NCBI GenBank assembly: GCA_004431415.1
Contig: QPMI01000472.1
Location: forward strand, 124,001-188,000
Source: Cyanophora paradoxa CCMP329
Lineage: Eukaryota > Plantae > Glaucophyta
Length of the DNA: 64,000 bases
Direction of reading: 5' to 3'
Part shown: one piece after another, positions 1-11,754 of the stretch
How positions within the stretch are numbered: the first letter of the stretch is position 1
How the letters are laid out: the number at the start of each line of letters is the position of its first letter
Notes under the pieces: model-generated
The model's input: the letters and a program-made list of their open reading frames with translations, nothing else
The model's database searches: none
Told to the model about the DNA's origin: nothing
Position numbers and translations under genes: made by a program

Positions 1-88
1 CGTTGTCATCCCCTCCTTCGCGCAGGGCATCATGTGCCTGCATTGCTTGCGCTCGCATAACTGGCCGCCCGTTGACCCCTGCGCGCAG

Positions 89-150
89 AGGCGCGCACGT
101 GGTGGGCGATTTCAGCGCCCGGGCGCGCTTTAACGACGACCCCGCAAACA
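89..150 (+). CDS. Exon of host Cys-rich membrane protein gene, 5' part, split by transposon insertion
   Basis: Follows a CAG acceptor (86-88). Removing 151-11754 restores a continuous frame GAHVVGDFSARARFNDDPAN|TGSLPFVEAPFIAFYARE ending at a GT donor. Confidence 0.75.
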
Positions 151-184
151 TATATCTGCACTTTTGGAGTATTGCAATACCTTC

Positions 185-583
185 GACAGAATCTGCGACA
201 GAATCAGTCGATAAAATTCGACTGATTCGGTCGACCGATTCTGGCCCAAAATCAGTCGATCGACTGATTCTGTCGATCGACTGATTTTGTCGACCGATTC
301 TGGCGCAGAATCAGTCGATAAAATTCGACTGATTCGGTCGACCGATTCTGGCGCAAAATCAGTCGATCGACTGATTCTGTCGATCGACTGATTTTGTCGA
401 CCGATTCTGGCGCAGAATCAGTCGATAAAATTCGACTGATTCGGTCGACCGATTCTGTCGCAGAATCAGTCGATCGACTGATTCTGTCGATCGACTGATT
501 TTGTCGACCGATTCTGGCGCAGAATCAGTCGATAAAATTCGACTGATTCGGTCGACCGATTCTGGCGCAGAATCAGTCGATCA
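185..583. repeat. Subterminal tandem array, 107-bp unit, about 3.7 copies
   Basis: GAATCAGTCGATAAAATTCG recurs at 201, 308, 415, 522; unit built from quasi-palindromic ATCAGTCGA/TCGACTGAT blocks. Confidence 0.95.
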
Positions 584-723
584 GTTGTGTTTTATCGTAT
601 AATAATTTCACCCTTATCTGTCGATCTATTTCTTATCTGTCGATCTATAATATCAACTGAAATCAATTATAGCCAGTTCTGAAAAATATTGTGTTATATA
701 TAATTATACGCAGCCCTTGCTAC

Positions 724-1208
724 TAGGGTTGCCACTTACGGCGTAAGTCCCCCAAAACCCGCCGTAAGTGTAAGTGTAAGTGTAAGTGTAAGTCGTAAGT
801 CCGCCGTAAGTCGGCCGTAAGTCGGCCAGAAACCATAGAAAACACGTCTCAATCTGCGAGATAGATTGTCTTCAGTCTTTTTCTGTGTGTTTGGGAAGGA
901 ATGGGGCTTGTTTAAGCAGTAAAAGGTCCACCCCAGGTAGATACCATGACCACCGGAGGCCCGTTCCGGGGTCTTCTAACCCCGTTCAGAGGCCTTAAAG
1001 CACGTCTGAATCTGTAAGATGTGCGAATCTACTCGATTTAGATCGATTTTAACTTAAATCTACGCTCTTTTTGCTGCTCGCAGAGGGTATCCCCATGGGG
1101 ACTTACGACTTACGGCCGTAAGTCCCATTTCGGGGGCCCGTAAGTGTAAGTCGCCACTTACACTTACGGACTTACGCGTAAGTCTGTAAGTCGTAAGTGG
1201 CAACCCTA
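724..1208. mobile_element. hAT-type MITE, 485 bp, nested
   Basis: 17-bp TIR TAGGGTTGCCACTTACG / CGTAAGTGGCAACCCTA; 8-bp TSD CTTGCTAC (716-723 / 1209-1216); subterminal GTAAGT/ACTTAC repeats. Confidence 0.9.
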
Positions 1209-1801
1209 CTTGCTACCGCCTGCTGCATCCGTCCATATGCAGCAATCCTGGACTGGCCCAGGCGCCTTCCCGGACCCAGCGGTCCAGCATCCCAGCAGGC
1301 AGCACAAATAGCCCCCAGCAAATCCGTGTGAGGCAGCGTGGCACGGGGGGCCTAGCAAGAGTAGCCAAAGAGACTAGTACTAGTACTACGTCGGCACGTC
1401 CCCCTGCGGCCCGCGGCCAGGGCAAAGGTCTCCGGCCAAAATTGAGCGGCGCCGGCCGCGGGGCGGGCCCCGCCGTCACGGCGGGAGCTCCGAGCTCGCG
1501 GGGCCGCAGGGGGCCGCGCCCGGTGGCGGCGGCGGGGGCGGCGGGGGGCGGGCCACCTTCTCCGCGGCGCGCTCCTCCAGGAGGGCCCGCAGCGCCTCCA
1601 GCTTCACCGGCTGCGCCCCCGCCGCCCCGTCGGCCTCGGCGGGGGCGGGCCCAGCGCGAGCACCTCGAGGCGGCGGCGGGAGAGCGAAGCCCGCGAGTCG
1701 ATGCGCGGGCGCGGCCTGCGCGGGCGCGCGTAAGGCGGCGCGGGCGGCGGGCGGCGGGCGGGGAAGGGGCGCGGGGGGCGCACGGGGGTACGCGGCCGGG
1801 C

Positions 1802-4575
1802 ATGCACCTCGGCGAGGAGAGGAGGCAGAAGATCAGCTTGCGATCGCTCCGCGTCCGCTGATGGCGAGAGCGACGCGCTCGCTGCGCTTGGAGAGTCAAT
1901 CGAAAGAAAAGAAGCGTCCGCGCCGGCGAACGACCGCACCTCGGCCCGAGCGGCCGAAAGCATGATCTCCGAGGCGCCCGGCAGCCCGCGACCGCGACCG
2001 CGAGGGCGAGGGCGAGGGCGAAGAGCTCGCTGCGCTCGGATCGAAAGAGAAGAAATATGCGCGACAGCAAACGACCGCACCTGCGCCCGAGCGGCCGCAA
2101 GCATGAACTCCGAGGCCGATCCCAGCAGCCACCGGGCCACACGTCCGGAAAGCGGCACGCGCTGCGCTGCGCACGCCGCCGGCGTTACAACAAGATCAAA
2201 GGGCGAGCAGTGGAGACAAGAGCGAGCACCTGGCCTGCGGAAGAAGGCGCCGGGCGAACTGGGCGGTGGTGTTCTGCTCGCGGGGACCAGTCACGCCCGC
2301 TCCCTGGCCCGCCAGCGAAATGAGGGATTGAATCAAAGGAGAGGAAACGAAAAGCACCTTGCTTCGCCTCCGCAGCCGCCGCCTACGTTCGGCGCGTGCC
2401 TGTCAGCGGCAGAACGCCCACTGGCGACAGCCGCGGGAGGAATGGACAAAAAAGGCAACAAGGAGGTCGACAGCGATGCGTTCGCGAGCGTTCGCGGCCG
2501 CAACCGGGCGCCAGCCACCCTGAAGCAGCGCTCTGCGTTTGAAATCAGGCGGGCGACAGGCGGCGAGAGGCGCCAGAGGATGCAAGAGAGGACCTTCGAG
2601 CATCGTTCGCGCTGGAAGCCGACGAAGTTCGCTGCGGCGGCAGCAAGTCCGTTCGACCTGGTTTGAAAAGCGGAATCAGAGACGCGGGCAGCGCTGCGAG
2701 ACCCCGGAGGAGCCAACGAACCGAGCCGCTGTGAGAGTGAAGCGCGTCCGCGCGGCAGCCTTCAGTCGAGGCTGCAGCTGCTGGCAGCAAGGCACATGAA
2801 GGCGCTTCAAGGCAGCAAGTTTGGGGTACACGACTGTTGGGAAAAGCCTTGTGAGGCCCACAGCGGCAGGGCCGCCGCGGCAGCCGCGCCGTAGTATAGC
2901 TTTCCGAAGCCGCCTGAAGCGATTGCCAACGGCTCGACCTGGCCCTCGGTCCGGAGCGCCTCCCGCTGCGGCACCTTCGCGCGTGCTCGCAGCACGCAGC
3001 GCGAGGCAGCTACAAGCACGTGAGCTTGTAATCATGGGTCCAGCTCCCCCCGTAGCGTCGTCCCTGCGCCGCGCCGATCCACAGCTAGATCGACGTCGAC
3101 CAGCTGCAGGCCCGCAACCCCGCGCTGGGTGACTTCGCCGTGCTGGCCGGGCTCTTAAGCTTTGCGTGGCTTTCAGCTCACTTACATCCGCAGTATCTCT
3201 ACCAGACAGCCCCGCGGTCGATTTGGAGGGTTGATCATGAGGTGCACACCGGCCGGCGGAGCTCTCTCACATGTTTCGGTTCATAGCGCGTCCCTCTAAG
3301 ATGCTCACGCAGTGCCTCTGACTCTGGACTGGCCGGGCGCTGCGTGAGCGCGCGGACCGACGCAACCTCCCGATCGGCGGTCGCCTCGGGTGCGCCTGCC
3401 AAGCACAGCATTTGGCCAGCGACGCGCGAGCGCGTAGCTGACGAGGCCCAGATCGCCAGGATGGGTGAGCCGCCTCGGATCGTCGCAGTTTGGGAGACAT
3501 TCTTCTACACTGCCTAGGTGAGCCGGCTGGGCCCGTGCGCGTCGCTGACAGGACGCGTACGCGTCGCTGACGGGGTGCGCCGGTAACACAGGATACCGGA
3601 AAACGCCGCGTGAAGCCCAGGGGCTGGGGTGCGGCGGGTGGCGACGCCGCTCGCGGGGCGGGGCGGATCCGGAGGCGCGGCAGGCGGCCGCGTGAATTCC
3701 AGGATAGGGCGGAGGCGCTTCCTGCGGCGCTGCAGCTCGCGGAGGCGGGCGGGCGGCCGGAGGCGCGGCGCGTGGCGGCGTGGCTCGCCGGGCGGGGCAG
3801 AGGCGCGGCGGGCGGCCGCACGGCTCGCCAGGCGGGCCGGGGGCGCGGCGGGTGGCGTCGGCGGCTCGCCGGGCGGGGCGGAGGCGCGGCAGGCGGCGGA
3901 GGCAGCTTGCCGGGCCGGGCGGAGGCGCGGCGGGCGGCCGCGAGGCTCCGCTGGGCGGGGCGGAGGCGCGGCGGGCGGCGGCGAGGCTCGCCAGGTGGGC
4001 CGGGGGCGCGGCGGGCGGCGGCGCGGCTCGCGGAGCGGGATGGATCCTCGCGGGCGGCGGCGAGGCTCGCCGGGCGGGGCAGACGCTCGGCGGGCGGCCG
4101 CGCGCCTCGCGGGCCGGGGCGGAGGCGCGGCGGGCGGCGGCGCGCCTCGCTGGGCGGGGCGGAGGCGTGGCGGGCGGCGGCGGCGGCTCGCGGGGCGGGA
4201 TGGAGGCGCAGCAAGCGGCGTCGGCGGCTCGCCGGGCGGGGCGAAGGCGCGGCAGGCGGCGGAGGCAGCTCGCCGGGTCGGGCGGAGGCGCAGCGGGCGG
4301 CCGCGAGGCTCCGCTGGGCGGGGCGGAGGCGCGGCGGGCGGCGTCGGCGGCTCGCCGGGCGGGGCCGAGGCGCGGCAGGCGGCGGAGGCAGCTCGCCGGG
4401 CCGGGCGGAGGCGGGGCGGGCGGCGCGCGGCTCGCTGGGCGGCCGGAGGCGCGGCGCGCTGCGGCGCGACTCGCCGGGCGGGGCAGAGGGGCGGCGGGCG
4501 GCGGTGCGCAGGCGCGGCGGCCGGCTGCGCGGCTCGCAGGGCAGGGCGGAGGAGTGGCGCGGCGGAGGCTCGTGG
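1802..4575 (+). repeat. Left arm of long internal inverted repeat (inner edge approximate)
   Basis: ATGCACCTCGGCGAGG at 1802 mirrors CCTCGCCGAGGTGCAT ending 10745; mirrored ORFs identical (2821..3132 + vs 9416..9727 -); about 3700-4575 is a GC minisatellite. Confidence 0.9.
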
Positions 4576-4632
4576 GGAAGCCTGCAGATGCTCGCTCTGT
4601 ACCGTAGTACTCTTGCGTAGATCATCGGATAT

Positions 4633-7341
4633 GCACCCCGCCCATTTCGAGGGTGGGAAATCCGAATCTGAAGTTCTCGTCAGCTCGTCCATTCTCATAT
4701 GCTCAGCGCGGCGACTTTGCACTTCTTTGCTCATGATCATGATCATATGCATGAGTCTCTAGCTGCCATTAAAAGAATACTGGGTTCCTGGCACATGTCT
4801 CACAGTGTAAGCACCCGGAGATGATATCAGCGCCCCACTGTGCACGTGTATCTGTAGAGTATTTGACGAGAAGCTCAGGGCTCCCGGGCATTGCGGCGGG
4901 GAAGAACGACTCCCTTATAGGGTTTCTCCCGAGATCAATTTTGAGAGCCGATTCCCAGTCCGCCCGTGCCTTTCCAGCTCAGATGCCAACGGATACGAGT
5001 CATTTGATAGCGTGTTAGATAGGGCCTCAACGTGATTACCGGCTGCCGGGCTTCTATTCGCATTTCCTGGCGCGCGGGAAGGCCTCAAAATGCCCGCCAA
5101 AAATAATGGCGACTTGCCCTGCAAAATAATGCACGGCACGCTACGAGCTAGCTTGCGGCCTGCGCCGACCTCAAAATCAAATCCAGCACTGTCAAGAACC
5201 CCCGAAAGCGTCTCATCGCCCGGATGTAACTTGTCAGATAAGATGCTATCCTTGGTGATTTCCGAAGTTTCTGTCCTCGAGGCCTCTTCGGGGCAAGTTG
5301 ACAGTCTCGGAGAGCTCGCTTGACCTGACGCCGCTCCGTCATCTTGGTCCGCGACTCAGTGACTGACTCCACATTTGCACCCCGCCCATTTCGAGGGTGG
5401 GGAATCCGAATCTGAAGTTCTCGTCAGCTCGTCCGTTCTCATATGCTCAGCGCGGCGACTTCGCACTTCTTTGCTCATGATCATGATCATGAGTCTCTAG
5501 CTGCCATTAAAAGAATACTGGGTTCCTGGCACATGTAAGCACCCGGAGATGATATCAGCGCCCCACTGTGTATCTGTAGAGTATTTGACGAGAAGCTCAG
5601 GGCTCCCGGGCATTGCGGCGGGGAAGAACGACTCCCTTATAGGGTTTCTCCCGAGATCAATTTTGAGAGCCGATTCCCAGTCCGCCCGTGCCTTTCCAGC
5701 TCAGATGCCAACGGATACGAGTCATTTGATAGCGTGTTAGAAAGGGCCTCAACGTGATTACCGGCTGCCGGGCTTCTATTCGCATTTCCTGGCGCGCGGG
5801 AAGGCCTCAAAATGCCCGCCAAAAATAATGGCGACTTGCCCTGCAAAATAATGCACGGCACGCTACTAGCTAGCTTGCGGCCTGCGCCGACCTCAAAATC
5901 AAATCCAGCACTGTCAAGAACCCCCGAAAGCGTCTCATCGCCCGGATGTAACTTGTCAGATAAGATGCTATCCTTGGTGATTTCCGAAGTTTCTGTCCTC
6001 GAGGCCTCTTCGGGGCAAGTTGACAGTCTCGGAGAGCTCGCTTGACCTGACGCCGCTCCGTCATCTTGGTCCGCGACTGACTCCACATTCGCACCCCGCC
6101 CATTTCGAGGGTGGGGAATCCGAATCTGAAGTTCTCGTCAGCTCGTCCGTTCTCATATGCTCAGCGCGGCGACTTCGCACTTCTTTGCACATGATCATGA
6201 TCATGAGTCTCTAGCTGCCATTAAAAGAATACTGGGTTCCTGGCACATGTAAGCACCCGGAGATGATATCAGCGCCCCACTGTGTATCTGTAGAGTATTT
6301 GACGAGAAGCTCAGGGCTCCCGGGCATTGCGGCGGGGAAGAACGACTCCCTTATAGGGTTTCTCCCGAGATCAATTTTGAGAGCCGATTCCCAGTCCGCC
6401 CGTGCCTTTCCAGCTCAGATGCCAACGGATACGAGTCATTTGATAGCGTGTTAGAAAGGGCCTCAACGTGATTACCGGCTGCCGGGCTTCTATTCGCATT
6501 TCCTGGCGCGCGGGAAGGCCTCAAAATGCCCGCCAAAAATAATGGCGACTTGCCCTGCAAAATAATGCACGGCACGCTACTAGCTAGCTTGCGGCCTGCG
6601 CCGACCTCAAAATCAAATCCAGCACTGTCAAGAACCCCCGAAAGCGTCTCATCGCCCGGATGTAACTTGTCAGATAAGATGCTATCCTTGGTGATTTCCG
6701 AAGTTTCTGTCCTCGAGGCCTCTTCGGGGCAAGTTGACAGTCTCGGAGAGCTCGCTTGACCTGACGCCGCTCCGTCATCTTGGTCCGCGACTGACTCCAC
6801 ATTCGCACCCCGCCCATTTCGAGGGTGGGGAATCCGAATCTGAAGTTCTCGTCAGCTCGTCCGTTCTCATATGCTCAGCGCGGCGACTTCGCACTTCTTT
6901 GCACATGATCATGATCATGAGTCTCTAGCTGCCATTAAAAGAATACTGGGTTCCTGGCACATGTAAGCACCCGGAGATGATATCAGCGCCCCACTGTGTA
7001 TCTGTAGAGTATTTGACGAGAAGCTCAGGGCTCCCGGGCATTGCGGCGGGGAAGAACGACTCCCTTATAGGGTTTCTCCCGAGATCAATTTTGAGAGCCG
7101 ATTCCCAGTCCGCCCGTGCCTTTCCAGCTCAGATGCCAACGGATACGAGTCATTTGATAGCGTGTTAGAAAGGGCCTCAACGTGATTACCGGCTGCCGGG
7201 CTTCTATTCGCATTTCCTGGCGCGCGGGAAGGCCTCAAAATGCCCGCCAAAAATAATGGCGACTTGCCCTGCAAAATAATGCACGGCACGCTACTAGCTA
7301 GCTTGCGGCCTGCGCCGACCTCAAAATCAAATCCAGCACTG
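4633..7341. repeat. Tandem array, 714-bp unit, about 3.75 copies
   Basis: GCACCCCGCCCATTTCGAGGG at 4633, 5377, 6091, 6805; copy 1 is 744 bp because of four short insertions; last copy truncated. Confidence 0.95.
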
Positions 7342-7349
7342 AGAGCCTA

Positions 7350-10300
7350 GTGCCCGCCCGCCGCACCTCTGCCCCGCCCGGAGAGCCGCGCCTCCGCCCC
7401 GCCCGGCGAGCCGCCGACGCCGCTTGCTGCGCCCCCGGCCCGCCTTGCGAGCCGTGCGGCCGCCCGCCGCGCGTCTGCCCCGCCCGGCGAACCGCGCCGC
7501 CGCCCGCCGCGCCCCCGGCCCGCCTGGCGAGCCGCGCGGCCGCCCGCCGAGCGTCTGCCCCGGTCCGCGAGCCGCCGCCGCCGCCCGGCCGCGCCTCCGT
7601 CCCACCCCACGAGCCGCGCCACAGCCCGCCGCGCCTTCGCCCCGCCCGGCGAGCTGCCTCTGCCGCCCGCCGCGCCTCCGCCCGCACGGCGGAGCCCCGC
7701 CGCCGCCCGCCGCGCCACATTCTCGCCCGGCGAGCCGCGCCGCCGCCCGCCGCGCCCCCGGCCCGCCTGGCGAGCCGCACGGCCGCCCGCCGCGCCTCCG
7801 TCCCGCCCCGCGAGCCGCCGCCGCCGCCCGCCGCGCCTCCGCCCCGCCCAGCCGAGCCTTGCAGCCGCCCGCCGCGCCTCCGCCCCGCCCAGCGGAGCCT
7901 CGCGGCCGCCCGCCGCGCCTCCGCCTGGCCGGCGAGCTGCCTCCGCCTCCTGCCGCGCCTCCGTCACGCCTCGCGAGCCGCGCCGCCGCCCGCCGCGCCC
8001 CCGGCCCACCTGGCGAGCCTCGCCGCCGCCCGCCGCGCCACAGTCTCGCCCGGCGAGCCGCGCCGCCGCCCGCCGCGCCCCGGCCCGCCCGGCGAGCCGC
8101 GCCGCCGCCCGCCGCGCCCCCGGCCCGCCTGGCGAGCCGCGCGGCCGCCCGCCGAGCGTCTGCCCCGGTCCGCGAGCCGCCGCCGCCGCCCGCCGCGCCT
8201 CCGTCCCGCCCCGCGAGCCGCCTCCGCCGCCCGCCGCGCCTCCGCCCGCCCAGCGGAGCCTCGCGGCCGCCCGCCGCGCCTCCGCCCGGCCCGGCGAGCT
8301 GCCCCCGCCGCCTGCCGCGCCTCCGCCCCGCCCGGCGAGCCGCCGACGCCGCTTGCTGCGCCTGCATCCCGCCCCGCGAGCCGCCGCCGCCGCCCGCCGC
8401 GCCTCCGCCCCGCCCAGCGAGGCGCGCCGCCGCCCGCCGCGCCTCCGCCCCGGCCCGCGAGGCGCGCGGCCGCCCGCCGAGCGTCTGCCCCGCCACTCGC
8501 TGCCGCCCGCGAGGATCCATCCCGCTCCGCGAGCCGCGCCGCCGCCCGCCGCGCCCCCGGCCCACCTGGCGAGCCTCGCCGCCGCCCGCCGCGCCTCCGC
8601 CACGCCCAGCGGAGCCTCGCGGCCGCCCGCCGCGCCTCCGCCCGGCCCGGCAAGCTGCCTCCGCCGCCTGCCGCGCCTCCGCCCCGCCCGGCGAGCCGCC
8701 GACGCCACCCGCCGCGCCCCCGGCCCGCCTGGCGAGCCGTGCGGCCGCCCGCCGCGCCTCTGCCCCGCCCGGCGAGCCGCGCCGCCACGCGCCGCGCCTC
8801 CGGCCGCCCGCCCGCCTCCGCGAGCTGCAGCGCCGCAGGAAGCGCCTCCGCCCTATCCTGGAATTCACGCGGCCGCCTGCCGCGCCTCCGGATCCGCCCC
8901 GCCCCGCGAGCGGCGTCGCCAACCACCGCACCCCAGCCCATGGGCTTCACGCGGCGTTTTCCGGTATCCTGTGTTACCGGCGCACCCCGTCAGCGACGCG
9001 TACGCGTCCCGTCAGCGACGCGCACGGGCCCAGCCGGCTCACCCAGGCAGTGTAGAAGAATGTCTCCCAAACTGCGACGATCCGAGGCGGCTCACCCATC
9101 CTGGCGATCTGGGCCTCGTCAGCTACGCGCTCGCGCGTCGCTGGCCAAATGCTGTGCTTGGCAGGCGCACCCGAGGCGACCGCCGATCGGGAGGTTGCGT
9201 CGGTCCGCGCGCTCACGCAGCGCCCGGCCAGTCCAGAGTCAGAGGCACTGCGTGAGCATCTTAGAGGGACGCGCTATGAACCGAAACATGTGAGAGAGCT
9301 CCGCCGGCCGGCGTGCACCTCAACCCTCCAAATCGACCGCGGGGCTGTCTGGTAGAGATACTGCGGATGTAAGTGAGCTGAAAGCCACGCAAAGAACCCG
9401 GCCAGCACGGCGAAGTCACCCAGCGCGGGGTTGCGGGCCTGCAGCTGGTCGACGTCGATCTAGCTGTGGATCGGCGCGGCGCAGGGACGACGCTACGGGG
9501 GGAGCTGGACCCATGATTACAAGCTCACGTGCTTGTAGCTGCCTCGCGCTGCGTGCTGCGAGCACGCGCGAAGGTGCCGCAGCGGGAGGCGCTCCGGACC
9601 GAGGGCCAGGTCGAGCCGTTGGCAATCGCTTCAGGCGGCTTCGGAAAGCTATACTACGGCGCGGCTGCCGCGGCGGCCCTGCCGCTGTGGGCCTCACAAG
9701 GCTTTTCCCAACAGTCGTGTACCCCAAACTTGCTGCCTTGAAGCGCCTTCATGTGCCTTGCTGCCAGCAGCTGCAGCCTCGACTGAAGGCTGCCGCGCGG
9801 ACGCGCTTCACTCTCACAGCGGCTCGGTTCGTTGGCTCCTCCGGGGTCTCGCAGCGCTGCCCGCGTCTCTGATTCCGCTTTTCAAACCAGGTCGAACGGA
9901 CTTGCTGCCGCCGCAGCGAACTTCGTCGGCTTCCAGCGCGAACGATGCTCGAAGGTCCTCTCTTGCATCCTCTGGCGCCTCTCGCCGCCTGTCGCCCGCC
10001 TGATTTCAAACGCAGAGCGCTGCTTCAGGGTGGCTGGCGCCCGGTTGCGGCCGCGAACGCTCGCGAACGCATCGCTGTCGACCTCCTTGTTGCCTTTTTT
10101 GTCCATTCCTCCCGCGGCTGTCGCCAGTGGGCGTTCTGCCGCTGACAGGCACGCGCGGAACGTAGGCGGCGGCTGCGGAGGCGAAGCAAGGTGCTTTTCG
10201 TTTCCTCTCCTTTGATTCAATCCCTCATTTCGCTGGCGGGCCAGGGAGCGGGCGTGACTGGTCCCCGCGAGCAGAACACCACCGCCCAGTTCGCCCGGCG

Positions 10301-10745
10301 CCTTCTTCCGCAGGCCAGGTGCTCGCTCTTGTCTCCACTGCTCGCCCTTTGATCTTGTTGTAACGCCGGCGGCGTGCGCAGCGCAGTGCGTGCCGCTTTC
10401 CGGACGTGTGGCCCGTGGCTGCTGGGATCGGCCTCGGAGTTCATGCTTGCGGCCGCTCGGGCGCAGGTGCGGTCGTTTGCTGTCGCGCATATTTCTTCTC
10501 TTTCGATCCGAGCGCAGCGAGCTCTTCGCCCTCGCCCTCGCCCTCGCGGTCGCGGTCGCGGGCTGCCGGGCGCCTCGGAGATCATGCTTTCGGCCGCTCG
10601 GGCCGAGGTGCGGTCGTTCGCCGGCGCGGACGCTTCTTTTCTTTCGATTGACTCTCCAAGCGCAGCGAGCGCGTCGCTCTCGCCATCAGCGGACGCGGAG
10701 CGATCGCAAGCTGATCTTCTGCCTCCTCTCCTCGCCGAGGTGCAT
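7350..10745 (-). repeat. Right arm of long internal inverted repeat, with expanded GC minisatellite (about 7350-8850)
   Basis: Reverse complement of the arm starting at 1802, with few differences outside the minisatellite. Confidence 0.9.
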
Positions 10746-11377
10746 AGCCGCCTGCGTGCCGGCCTTTTCCTCTTTCCATTCGATTTAAGCTCTCGCTCAC
10801 CGCGATGCGCATGGCGCAGCGAGGGCGGCGAGGTGCAGAACGACCTGGTGCGGGCCGCATCGCTTCACCCGTTATCCTCCAGCTTCTGACTCGCCCTTTG
10901 TTGCAGGGTTTATACTTCTTCCGGGGCCAGGGTAGGGTTTATATTTGCAGGACTAGGCAGGGCTAGGCCAGAGTAGGGATCATATTTGCGATGTGACATG
11001 TATGCATAGGTGTGTGCATGCAGATCATGAATTAGGCGGCCCGCACGATATGTGAAAATAGGTGGCCTGCAGATTAACTAATTTATATAGATGCAAAAAG
11101 CCAATGCCAGATGTACATGTGTTCTGGCCCGCCTATAGCTAGTCATGGGCCGTCAGGGCCTATATATAGCTATATAGGCTATAGTGTAGCTGACCTATGC
11201 CTGTGCATGCGACTTGCAGCTGGATCCCCCGGAGATCCTCCACTAGTACTGGCTCAATATTTATACAAGATAATCTACAAATCAATAATCCTAATATGAA
11301 GAATATTAATCAATTTATCGACAAACCTGGCGATAAATCAATATATATTAATATATCAAGTATCGACAGATTTATAT

Positions 11378-11716
11378 CGACTGATTTTGTCGACCGATTC
11401 TGTCGCAGAATCAGTCGATAAAATTCGACTGATTCGGTCGACCGATTCTGGCGCAGAATCAGTCGATCGACTGATTCTGTCGATCGACTGATTTTGTCGA
11501 CCGATTCTGGCGCAGAATCAGTCGATAAAATTCGACTGATTCGGTCGACCGATTCTGGCGCAGAATCAGTCGATCGACTGATTCTGTCGATCGACTGATT
11601 TTGTCGACCGATTCTGGCGCAGAATCAGTCGATAAAATTCGACTGATTCGGTCGACCGATTCTGGCGCAAAATCAGTCGATCGACTGATTCTGTCGATCG
11701 ACTGATTCTGTCGACC
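11378..11716. repeat. Subterminal tandem array, 107-bp unit, about 3.2 copies, same orientation as left array
   Basis: GAATCAGTCGATAAAATTCG at 11408, 11515, 11622. Confidence 0.95.
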
Positions 11717-11754
11717 AAGTATTGCAATACTCCAAAAGTGCAGATATACAAACA

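Larger units (their letters stand above)
151..11748. mobile_element. Non-autonomous foldback-like DNA transposon (termini and TSD compatible with IS3EU)
   Basis: Perfect 30-bp TIR TATATCTGCACTTTTGGAGTATTGCAATAC (151-180 / 11719-11748); 6-bp TSD CAAACA (145-150 / 11749-11754); no transposase recognised. Superfamily rests only on recalled TAY..RTA ends plus 6-bp TSD. Confidence 0.85.

Noticed and set aside
724-731. TAGGGTT as telomeric repeat
   Set aside because: Single copy forming the hAT TIR.
185-7341. 107-bp and 714-bp arrays as CRISPR
   Set aside because: No unique spacers, no cas genes, eukaryotic context.
1213-10889. Many long R/A/P/G-rich ORFs
   Set aside because: Stop-poor GC minisatellite and mirrored repeats open in all frames; no domain motifs.
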